Shown in pieces: positions 41,448-53,500 of a DNA stretch of 64,000 bases. The first letter of the stretch is position 1; each line of letters opens with the position of its first letter. This DNA comes from Chrysomallon squamiferum (taxonomy: Eukaryota; Animalia; Mollusca). Made by a program: the position numbers and the translations under genes. Below the pieces are notes generated by a model. That model was not told where the DNA came from, made no database searches, and saw only the letters and a list, made by a program, of their open reading frames with translations. The DNA lies in NCBI GenBank assembly GCA_012295275.1, contig CM022673.1:15562001-15626000 (forward strand), given 5' to 3'.

Positions 41448-41678
41448 CACATTTGTCAAATGAATTAATCTATTCAATAAATGTATTTGGGTGTGTGTGT
41501 GAATTTGTGTAATTTTCTTTTCTAATGTATTTCAGGAGATTTTATTGACAAAATCCACAAACAATGGAAAGGAGACTACAGGTTGTTAGAAACACATCAT
41601 GGTTACATACAGTGGTAATTTTTAGATAAAATTATATTTACCAGCACTGATGATTAGCAGTTTTTATTGCGTTACAAG

Positions 41679-41718
<40 letters not shown>

Positions 41719-43993
41719 TACTTTTTTCTTCCCTTCGTTTCTTGGTGGGCAGAAACATTGTTGAGATAATGTTAATGACTATTACTTTGGAAAATATTAT
41801 AGAAATTACCTTACAGTAATTAACCCAGTTACTGATGAAGAATAAGAATCATTGTCCAAAAAGAAAAATGTAGTAAATGAATATAACCTTTATAATAATT
41901 TAAAAAATAAGAGAGAAAACTGTTTTATTTTTCTCATCCTCTAGGCTCTTTCCAATCAGGGAGAAGGGAATGAACTGGTATGCACAGGAATTACAACCTC
42001 ATGAAGCAGAGGTATTCTAGCATAGTCCTTTATCTACATGTCTTTTAATATCAGTTTATCCCTAATGCTGTCTCTCTCTCTCTTTGATAAGTAATTCTCC
42101 ATTTCTTTCTTTCTCTATCTCTGTCTCTGTCTCTCTTGCTCCTTCTGCATGTTTCTGTCTCTCTTTATATATATATATATAACCATTTTTCTCTGTATTT
42201 ACTATGTGTATGTCAATTTCTGTTCTTGTTTCTACCTTTCTTCTTTCTTTCATCTCCCACTTCATATTCCTTCAATATCTCTCAGAAGATAAACAAATAT
42301 TTATTTACTGACTGACTGACTGACTGAGTTACTGACTTATTTATTTAGTTATTATTTTATAGGCTATCAAAGCTGACCCAAAAGCAAAGGAAAGAGTTCT
42401 AAAATCATATGAGATGATGTTGGATTTCTATGGAATGAAATTGCTTGATAAAACTACTGGAGAGATTGGCAGATCAGATAACTGGGAGGAACGATCAGAT
42501 CATTTGAATCGGTAATATATTTATTAAAACATTTCAGATAGTATAATTATCTTTTGTATCATTCAGATTTGTTGTTTTCTTCATTATTTTACTTAAATTA
42601 TTATTTATTGTGAGCAAAGGTTGGTCTGTGTGGAAATATCTTTCCTTTTTTATCATTATTATTGTGGGGTTTTATTTATTTTTTTTATTTTTTTTATATT
42701 ACTTACTAAAGGTACATTTTAGTACCAGTTGATAAAAAAAAAAAAGGTTTGAGCCAGGTAAAGTTAATAAAATTCTGCCTGAATAAATACAGCTGTTTTA
42801 ATGTCACCTCATACCATTTTAACACGAAGTGTTTTTGAATATAATGTTGTTATTATTTATTTATTTATTGTATCAATGTTGAAAACAACAGGTTATTTTT
42901 CTAAATTTTTCTAAATTTTTAAATTTATTTATCATTAATATGTTTACTTCTTAATATTTTTTTAAATGACTTTTTATTATATTTAAATTGTAATATTTAT
43001 TTTCACATTATTTTGATAATTATTATACTGATAATGATAATAATAATAATGGTAAACCAGTTAAAATTTTGAATGAGGTAAAGTTATTAAAATTCTATGT
43101 GAATAAATACAACTATTTTAATGTCACCTCATACCATTTTAACATGAAATATTTTTGAAGAGAATGTTATTATTATTTAGTTAATTAGTTAGTTTTATAT
43201 TTAAATTTATTTTCCATTAATATGTTTATTAAATATTTCTTTGAATCTCTTTTTAATATATTTAAATGTACTATTTATTTTCACATTATTTTAATAATTA
43301 TTGCAATAATAATGATAATAATAGCAAGAACAACAATAATAATAATAACAAATAACAGTGAAAAGTAATTTCACAGTGTTGAAAAAATAATAATAATAAC
43401 TGCAAACCAGTTAAAATTTAATTATTCCAAACTACTGTAATAAATAATTAGCAAATCTGAAGATGTTACGACTATCACTATTCAGTCCCCATGCAGTCAT
43501 GCAGTGTATGTACACACTGAATAATCAATTTACTGACATTTGAAACATTTTTATCTACTATTTCAAAAGTCACAAATACTCTAAGAATGCTCTTCACATC
43601 CCACCACTAAACCCACTAACAGCCACATAATGCTTTTTTCACTGCACATTGTCAAGTACTCTTCAGTGAAACTTCTTTGTGATATTAGTTTGTTTAGTAT
43701 ATATATATTTATTTATTCATTCATTTATTTACTAACTCTTTTCCCTTTTCAGTTCATACCACGACTATCTACGAATAACTCGTATTCTGAAGTCACTGGG
43801 ACAAATGGGTTTTGAAGGTTTTCAAGCTCCATTTGTCAAGTTCATTCTTCATGAGTGTTTTGAAGAAAAGTCTCTAAATGATCGAATACTTACCAGTTGT
43901 TCGAATTATTGGGTAGGAACTATCAAAGATGATGATGAAAGAAATAGACTGACAGAACTAATAGACAAAACAATGGTTGAGAATGTTTCTTAA
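36525..43993 (+). pseudogene. OGFr-like copy 2: OGFr domain exons intact, 5' end broken
   Basis: Domain exons 41260-41332, 41536-41614, 41945-42011, 42363-42511, 43753-43993 are open and in frame. The acidic exon and the MG start are deleted at ~36520, the micro-exon acceptor is deleted (~36680), and the exon 3 acceptor is mutated CAG>CAT at 40272-40274. Confidence 0.8.
38800..39582. mobile_element. Intronic non-autonomous repeat with three imperfect ~65-bp subterminal units, ending ...GTGAGCCCTGTG
   Basis: Units gaattcagattgcgtaac...ttgttacttca at ~38801, 38867, 38937. Also present at 54190-54963 and partly, inverted, at 28665-29010. Family uncertain (a CAC/GTG end is compatible with CMC/Chapaev-like elements). 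Confidence 0.55.
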
Positions 43994-46900
43994 AATAACC
44001 ATACAAAAACAAAATGACAGTTATTTTTGTAATAGTGTTATTACTGAAAAGAAAAGTAGCAGTAAAGTAGATACGAATGATCATAAAAATAATATATGAT
44101 ATTATAAAAAATGCTTTTAGAAATAACTTAAAATAATATAACTAAAAGAAAAGAAAACACTAATTCTTATTATAACACATAATGATGTTAAAAATGTAAA
44201 ACAGGAATGATTTATGAAATAATATATATATATATATAAATGAATTCTTATTATAATAACATATACTTAAACACAAATGGTAGGATAAAAATAGGATACT
44301 TAATAATGTGATGTGATATGTGTGTGCATGGATATTTACTGAAACTGTTGGGTTCCATCCCAAGCAAAATACATTATGAATTAATTTTTAATTAAAAGAT
44401 GCCAATAAAATATGTAATGGATTATTGCACAAGAAATAGACTGACAGCTCTAATAGACAAAACAATGGTAGGGAATGTTTCTTAAATAACAACACAAAAA
44501 CAAAATGACAGTTATTTTTGTAATAAGTATGAATGATCATAAAAATAATATATATTATTAAAAAATTATTTTAGAAATAACTTACAATAACATAACTAAA
44601 AGGAAAAAACCCACACTAATTCTTATGAAAATCACACGTAATAATGTTGTTAAAAATGTATATTGTTTTCTGTTCATAACGTATAGTCATAGTTATTTAT
44701 TTTTATAAAGTTAAAGTTATATTGTATTCACATATATTATGCCTGTGGTGTTCTGTTACAAAATATTTCCAGTGTATTGGTATTAGTTGGAGTTATTCCC
44801 CTTAGACTACATTTGATTACATTGAATATAAAAAAATAAAAGTTAACGTTTATGAAATAATGTGATGAACTATAAAATTAATATATTTTTTCTAAGAGTT
44901 TTGCATACAAAATAATGATAATAACATTTTATAATTAATAAAAAATAACATCAACATTAATAAGTTGACAACTGTTATCTGTAATTTACTGCGACCATCA
45001 TGTGGTAAGTATTGGGTATTTTATTGTTATTTTTATTCACCTGCTTACATAAGAAACGTATTTATAATGTAAATATCTTTGTTTTGATCATCAGTGAAAG
45101 TTGACTAAGTTCTTCTAATTTGTTTTAGGACACCATAAGACAGTGATTAGTGACAATAATGTTGTTTATTTATTTAATAATAATAATAATAATAATAATA
45201 GTAATAATTATTGTAATTATCATCATTTTATTCTTATTTTTATTATTACTTTTATTATAATATTTATTATTAATATTATTATTGTTTTGTTATTGTTAAT
45301 ATTATTAATTTATTTAGGTGTTTGTTGTTTTTTAATCATGGTATTAAAGATGAAACCAGTTTTATCACAGACGGCTTATTTTGAATGTTATCACCAAGGA
45401 ATCTTATATCTACACCTTGTCAGACAGGACAACACATACCATGAATGTTTGAAGAAACAGATATGCTCGGGCTGAAGATTTATGATTATAAAAACATGTA
45501 TTTTATTATTTTTTGTTTTTTGTGTCATTATAGCTATCTGTATATCTATCTATCTTTCTATCTATATCTAATATTTTTATCAACTTCTAGACAATATTGC
45601 TTAAATGTTTTAACACCATAGCATGCTTGTTAACATTCACATAGCCACTGAATAGCAAATAATATATTTCTTCATAAGTTTATTTTTCTATATATACATT
45701 TGTAAAACTTGATTGTCTTAAATTTCCTGCACTTAATATCATAATATTCTTATATAATGGATTATTTCTGTATAAAGTCAGATAAAAAAATGGTGTTGTT
45801 CGTGTTGTCATTATAGAAAAATATTGTTACATGCACCCAGCTATAAAGGATTCAAAATGAATACTCTGTTCAGTAGATGTATAAAGTACAGGATCTTTGC
45901 GTGTGCCATTATAAGCCACAGTACCTTTCCTTGCAGTAAATGATATTTCATATACCTATCACAACAGTATTTATGTTTATTACATTACTGTTACTGATAA
46001 TATTCTAATATTGACCGTTAACAAATATCCGTTATCAAAAACCTTTCTGTATTATGATAGTTTTTGAGAGGAAACATCTACAAGAGCTAAAAAAACTCAT
46101 TGGCATTTTTAAATTCAAAATAAGACCTTTCATGACAATCTTCAATTACATTTTTGTTGAGCTCTGGTTTGGAAAGGGAAATAGACACAGATTTTCTAGG
46201 GAGGATTTTACCCCAATAAAGCAGGACAAAAAAGGCAGTGTATATACTACATGAAACAGGTAAATGTTTTTAACATTCTTTATATGTTTTGTGGTGCATT
46301 GTTTGTAATAATTAATGTAAAGATTTCTGTTTCAAATTTAATAGGTTTTTTATCTGATGGATAGACTTTAAAATAAATCATTTATATCTAGATTTATCAC
46401 TTAGCAGCAGGATGTTTAATATGCACCTTTCCAAATAAAGTGTATTTTGTGTAAAGGACATATTGAGCTTTGTCTGAAATGAAAAACAATTATTTGGTCA
46501 GAACACTGAATAGAATTAATCCCAATTAACTGCACAACTTTGAAGTATGTGAAAGCAATGAACTTTTAAAAAATTGTATCCATCATTCCATGTAATTACA
46601 TTTTTTATGGGAATTCATTATTTTTGTCCTGCAGATGATAACATGATAACAAGAGGTTGGATATGTCATTCTTTTAACAATAGAATTATTGAATTTAAGG
46701 TCGCTGCGTTTGCACTAAATGTCAACCCTCCCAACTTATATGATGAGACATCATCATGTAAGAGAAAAAACCCCACAAAAAAACACAAAAAAAGGGAAAA
46801 AAAAGGAATTATTACATTAAAACAGAAAAGACGTCAAATCTTAGGGTGTGTTTATCAAATGTATAAATGTCTAATGATATCGTATATTACAAGTTAATGT

Positions 46901-47229
46901 CATATGTGTCTGGGGACTAAGCTTGTACGAGCATTAGCTGTAAGATTATACCTTAAAGTTTAAAGATAGACAAGTTATAAAGTGCAGATTGTATATCTGA
47001 GGTATTGTCGAAAGGTCAAAAGAGCTGTAAACCATCTCTGTATTACTGAATGGAGGTGAGATATGTTTTTCAAGACAATAATATTGATTTATTCAAAACA
47101 ATAGCAAAAGAAAACTTTATTGTTAGATAGTCATCATCTTCTTTCTCTCTGTCACACATACATACACACATACACATACAGCTATACACTCTCTTTTAAT
47201 TTAAACTGTAAAGATTCGTTAAATACTTC

Positions 47230-47848
47230 ACGAGCAAGCTTCAGATACGATGCCGGAACAACGCAGTATCCGCCCATCATCTCGTGTTTACTCCTTTGTT
47301 TCACGTGGTTACCTCGTCGTGGAAGCATCTCTGTGGTGTAGTGCTCCTCATATTTTGTGCAATATTTTGAGCAAGAAAGTGAGTGCAAAGGACAGTGCTG
47401 AGAAGAAGAAACGGACGATGTCCATTGAATTAAAGCAAGAAATCATAGAAAAACATGAGCGAGGTATGCGTGTAGTCAACATGGCTAGGCAATACGAGCG
47501 TAGTACTTTTACGATATGTACCATACTGAAGCAGAAGTAGCTGATAAAGGCTATAACTCCAGCCAAAGGCGTTAAAATAATTTCTAAGCTGCGGACCTCT
47601 GTCCATGAAAAGATGGAGAAACCGTAACCCTATACACTTTACAAAGCCAATTTATTTCTTTACATTCTCTTTTATTTTGTTTTGTCATTTATACATACAT
47701 TTTTCATGTTACAAAGACGTTACAAAAAATTGGGGTTGTTGGGGGCTAGAACGGTTTAATGGTATTTCAATTAATTTCATTTTGGAAAACAGATTTCATA
47801 CACGAGCAAATTGAGTTATGAGCTCGGTCACGGAACGAATTAAACAAA
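47230..47848 (+). mobile_element. Tigger/pogo (TIGD1-like) transposon fragment, CENP-B-type HTH N-terminus
   Basis: SKKVSAKDSAEKKKRTMSIELKQEIIEKHERGMRVVNMARQYERSTFTICTILKQK*LIKAITPAKGVKIISKLRTSVHEKME (~47368-47620), with an internal stop and truncation. Pogo-like 3' subterminal sequence gagctcggtcacggaacgaattaaac at ~47820. Confidence 0.85.
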
Positions 47849-48238
47849 TGTAGGACTTAGAGCCTACATATTTATTTATAATTGTTTATGTATTATGCAT
47901 AATTATCGTGTATGTTTTAGCTATATGTATGTATGTATGCATGCATCTATGTAAGTATATATGTATATATGAAGGCCTATTAATATGTATCAACACGTAT
48001 ACAAATACAGAGCCAGAATCAGGTAGACTGTATTTTATAGAGCACAAGGTTGAGGGGGTCATAATGGCAGCAATACTGACGACAACCAAACCAGATGACA
48101 GACAAAAGATCACACACAAGGTCATTAGTGACAAAATATTTTAGTTATGGAAATCAAGGCTACTCTTACAATTCCAAATCGTGAATGATTGACCATATGA
48201 ACGAGTCTAGATTCGTTAATAATATTTCGAATTATAAC

Positions 48239-48242
<4 letters not shown>

Positions 48243-48312
<70 letters not shown>
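48243..48312. repeat. (GA)n microsatellite
   Basis: Perfect AG dinucleotide run. Confidence 0.95.
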
Positions 48313-48317
<5 letters not shown>

Positions 48318-48790
48318 TTTTTCAAAAGAACGAAAAAAACAGGTACATAGGTTAATAGATTCAGACAGACATATAGATAAATATATAAATAATGTTTTAA
48401 AATTCTAACGGTAACGGATTCAGAGAAAACAAAAAAATAAAATAAAATAACATAATAATAATAATAAATAAACAAAAAACATCAACAACAAAGAAACAAA
48501 ACAGCAAAAACAGAAACGCATACATACATACATACATACTTCGTATATATATATACGGGATTAACGATAAAATACTATTTTCTTAACTGGACATGTATGA
48601 TCTGAAAACCATCCTTTGATGGAAAGAAACACTTAATGGACACGACAGTACATATTACGTACTTGGCACTACTTGTCTATTCTAGTGTTTTAGTTGTTTT
48701 TCTGATCTGATATCCATCGTGAGAAAATAAAGAAACCATGCCATACGTGCGAATGTACGAGCAGGCAACTAGAACGATTTATATCAAATT

Positions 48791-48836
<46 letters not shown>

Positions 48837-48971
48837 TTAATAATAACAATAATAATAATAATAATAAACATGGTGAAGGTAGCGAGGAAAATATGGAAAG
48901 ACACAAACTGACAGAAGCATAGATAGATACACAGACAGACATCCAGAAAGAGAGATAGTGGCTGGAACAGC

Positions 48972-49096
48972 TTCGAAATAAATGATTTCATGTAACTGTA
49001 AGTCATTGTTTTTCATTCAGTCATTTTGCCTAATGACTAGTGGCCTATTTCAGTCATTTTAGGAAAAACAACTAGTTTGACATATTGACTGTAACA
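48972..49096 (+). mobile_element. Right end (TIR) of the Ginger2 element
   Basis: 48972-49025 repeats 35180-35235. It ends TTTGACATATTGACTGTAACA, the exact reverse complement of the 21-nt left TIR at 32963. Confidence 0.85.
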
Positions 49097-49771
49097 TATG
49101 CATACATACATACATACAAATATATATATATATATTTAATGTGTGAAAATCTGTTATAACCAGCTTGTGATAACGAAAGAAGACTATTGTATTTTCTTTT
49201 ATAGTGATAATGTCAAGCATTTATGTGTGTGTGTATATATGTGTATGGGTGCACGCGCGCTTGTTTATGTTTGTATGCATTTGTCTGTGTAAAATAATAA
49301 TAATAAATTAGTGGTAGCAGCAGCAGCAACATCAGCAGCAGCAGCAATAATAATAGTAAACTCGATCTGTTATTGATAGACTGAAAATTTCATTCCAAAA
49401 TTATCATAATCTCCTTTTTTTTCACAGATTTTATTTTTCATTTCAGTACAGTATGATGTCACGGAACAATAGAAATGTCCTCTTTTATTTGGATTCATTA
49501 TATAATCTAATAGTAAGAACTGGTGCCAAGAATGAATTAATACTACCGATTACATTTCAGTATTTTCGATTTTAATTTATTCGTTATAAATAAACAAAAC
49601 AAATACTAACGATGCACCGAGGATAACACATAAAAACAAACAAACAACCAAACTAAATAAATTAATAAATAAATAAAAAATAAAAAAAGGAAAATAAAAT
49701 AAAATAAAATATTAAATAAGTAAATAAATAAAAAGGTTTTATAGATAACAAAATTACTAAAATATATGACA

Positions 49772-49819
<48 letters not shown>

Positions 49820-50555
49820 AATATATTCAACAAATACATTTAAAAATGATTTAATAAATTACTCGTAAAAATGTTGAAGCAAATAACAAACGAAAACTAT
49901 TTATCACTGTGTGTACTAAGATTGAGAAGAAAACAACTAAACTGTAGAACATATAATAGAAATGATGTTTACGTTAATATATTATGTAAATATTTTGATT
50001 TTGCATATCTAATTTAGTGTACAAATATTTTTGAACTCTGATTTAAACTATTTTTAGTTCTACAATGTTTCCTTGAGAGCTAGAACCAAAACTGTATATT
50101 ACTGAATCTTGAAACATCAATCATTCAAGCTGTACTCTGACTGTATTGAACCATTTCTATTTCACTTTTCATATATTCGGGTGCACTATCATTGGTGATA
50201 TTATACATGTGTCCTAATTTCATTTGTTATATTCTGTACTTCACTTTAAGTTTATTGTATCCAATTTGGGTTCTAGATGGACGATTTAACATGTATCTAA
50301 TGATTTTATTTTGTGTCTGTGAGACTGAGCATTTTAAGGCTCAGTTCGTAACATTGGTCGTGCTGATTTTGACTTGTTTCGAAAAGCAGATTTTCTTCGG
50401 GAGCTTTGTTAACGGGAGGAAAAAAACAAACAGAAGAAATAAAAGAACCAGTTCCGTTTCCGGTAATATTCGAATCGAAAACAAAAGTTGAGAGTAAGAA
50501 GAAAATAACTGTTTGGAAAATTGACTTTAAATTACTATTATGCTGTCAAAACAGA

Positions 50556-53500
50556 ATGTCAAGTCCAACACATCAACTAGAAAGTTCTGGTAACCAAGAC
50601 GTACAAGGCAATAAAATCGAAGATGACCAGTCGAATGATTTAGAGGAACTTCCATCCGATACGGAAAATGAAACCGATACAAATGACAATCAGGTTTCAG
50701 AAAGTAACGATTTAGACGAACTTCCTGATGCAGAAGTACAAAAACAACTACAGAGTTCTGCTGTGAATGATAAACAAGTACAAAGAGATACACAAATTAT
50801 AAAAAATTCACTAAATAATTGTGATAATCATAATGACAGTAAGATAGATACTATTCAATCGATAGAAGATTTTCATGAAAATGATGCCAGTAAAACAGAT
50901 TTCACTCAGCCCAGTATAGACTTAAACACATATAAACAATCAGAGGTTTCAGAAAGTAACGATCAAGACGAATTTCTTGAAGTAAAAGTACAAGAGAAAA
51001 TACAGAAATCTGAAGTGAATGATAAACCATCACCAATTTTAACACTAAATAATTGTGAAAATCATGATAGCAAAATAGATATTAGCCACTCGAATGAAGA
51101 TTGCCAGGAAAAGCATGCCAATGATACAAATTTCACCAATACAGAAATAAACACAGATAAACTATCTAAGGACACTATCAACACTGACAACTCCAGTACA
51201 TTCACAGAAAGTCTGTGTTGTAATGAGACACCAGTTTGTGAAAGTAAGCCTGAAATAATAAAAACAGACACTGAAAGAAAGGCAGACACTGATAGTGTTG
51301 AAATACCAATAGAAAACACTGATGATAACAATCCTGAATCAGATGGAAGTTTTGTTAATGAATCTGAGAAAATAAGCAACAGGTCTCATTCCCACCATAG
51401 CGAGTTAAACAAAAGTGCATTGGTCAGTGACAGTGAGTCATCAACTGAGATTGTAAACCAGACCAACACAAATATAAAATACAAAAACAGAAAAGACGAG
51501 TTTTTTTCGGAAGCCTCAGATCCAGACGAGAAAGATTTGAACACTGATGTGAAAAGTGCAAAACTGCCTGAAGAAGCTGACAGTAATACACAGTCACCAG
51601 ATTCCAGATCAGACACTGAAAAACACGAAGAAAATATTTCCAAAACTGATGTTAAAATGGGGTCAGATTGTTGCAAAGGTCAGACGGAAGAGGTAAAAGA
51701 GTAAAATAATTTATGGTCTAGTAATAACTATCATTTAGACTGGTATTTATGTACTGTATATCTGTACACTTGCTCTGTATCTGTAAACAAACATCTTCCT
51801 GATCTAATAACGGTATAGTAATACCTTGCTTCCATGGCATAAAAACTAAAAGTGCAGATGTGATTGAAGTAACAATTTTGTTATGCAATTTCAGTTACAT
51901 GACAACGACACTATTGTAATAACCATATTCTGCTGAAAATAATACATTTTACATCAAAGATAAAAATTACATTTCCTAGGTAGATATGGAGACAATAATT
52001 ATGTGAATACTTTAATGTTTTATTTAGTAAAAGTTAATTATTATATTTAATTTTCAGGAGACTAGGATTAACATGGATTCAGGACGAAAGGTTTGTTACT
52101 TTCTTATGGTATTTCTTACTTGTGTGAGTATGTATATCTGTTGTAATGCTGTGTTAACATTTCAGATGTCTGTTTTATTTTTATAATAACTACATTAAAG
52201 TTACAGAACTTTACAGAAATATGCAGAATAAAAAAAGTAATTACAAATTTTCATACTGTTGAAGCTTTCTGTTTATTAGTTTTTTTTCTTACACGATTAA
52301 TGCTGATATTCAGTAGTACAAAATTTGTGTATTTATACACAGACACACTGACATTGTACATGCACACAGACACACAGTCTGGAAATAATTTATGGTCTCT
52401 GTCAGACAATTTGTGACTAACATAAATGAAAATGTACCTGTCAGAAAATGAAGATAAAATTTGTCAGTAATGAATTAAATGATTTGAAGCTTTATGATGG
52501 TAGTTATATTTTCCTGTTGATATGATTGAGTAAATATTATTCAGTTAAGCAACATTCAGGATTTAAACAGTCATTGATGTCTGAATCAGACAGAAAACCA
52601 AATAAATTATCATGGTCATTTGAACTTTTTTATACATTAACACTACAGTTTTACATCTACTTAAAGTGACTAATTTTTCTAATAATGAAATAATTTTCTC
52701 TGACACATTATCTTCATGAAAACATGTGACAATAATTTTATATTCATATGGTCTGACCACACAAAATTTCAGATGTCTTGGCTTCTTTTTTCTTTTTTTA
52801 ATAATAACTACATTAAAGTTATAGAACTTTACAGAAACATGTAGAATAAAAATAATATATTACAAATTTTCATACTTTTGAGGCTTTCTGAATCAGATAG
52901 AAAACCAAATAAATTGTAATGGTCATTTGAACTTTTAGATACATTACCACTGCGGTCACACCACACAATATTATAGGCTTCGGTGAAAGTATTATTGTTT
53001 TTTCTTTGTTTTTCAATAAAGTCTTAGATTAATTTGTGCTGTTAATTTCTTGAAATTTCATATTATATAGGATACCATCTGATACCTTTCTAGTGAAATT
53101 CTAAAGGCTAATGATTTCATGTCATTGGGTTGGCATAAATGTTTATTAAAAGTGAAGCAGAAACTCACCTGGTCAAATATAAATGGATTCTGGATTCAGT
53201 TTCGTATGTGTCAAAACTGTTAGAAATATGCCTTTTTAAACATACAGCATCCAACTGATTGAGCATAGATTTTTTTCTTCAAATTATTACTGAATTACAA
53301 ATCTCTATCAGGCAGTGACAGTGACCAAACATTTATTTCCAGGCTTATTGCATATTAACTGAAAAAAGATTTTGTTTATACGTATTAACTGAAACCATTA
53401 GACACTTTTGTCTGGAAATTAATTATATCCAGTTAATACTGACCTGGTCAAAACTGTTAATGTGTGTATTACATGATATATGTGTAATGTTATTTCTTGG

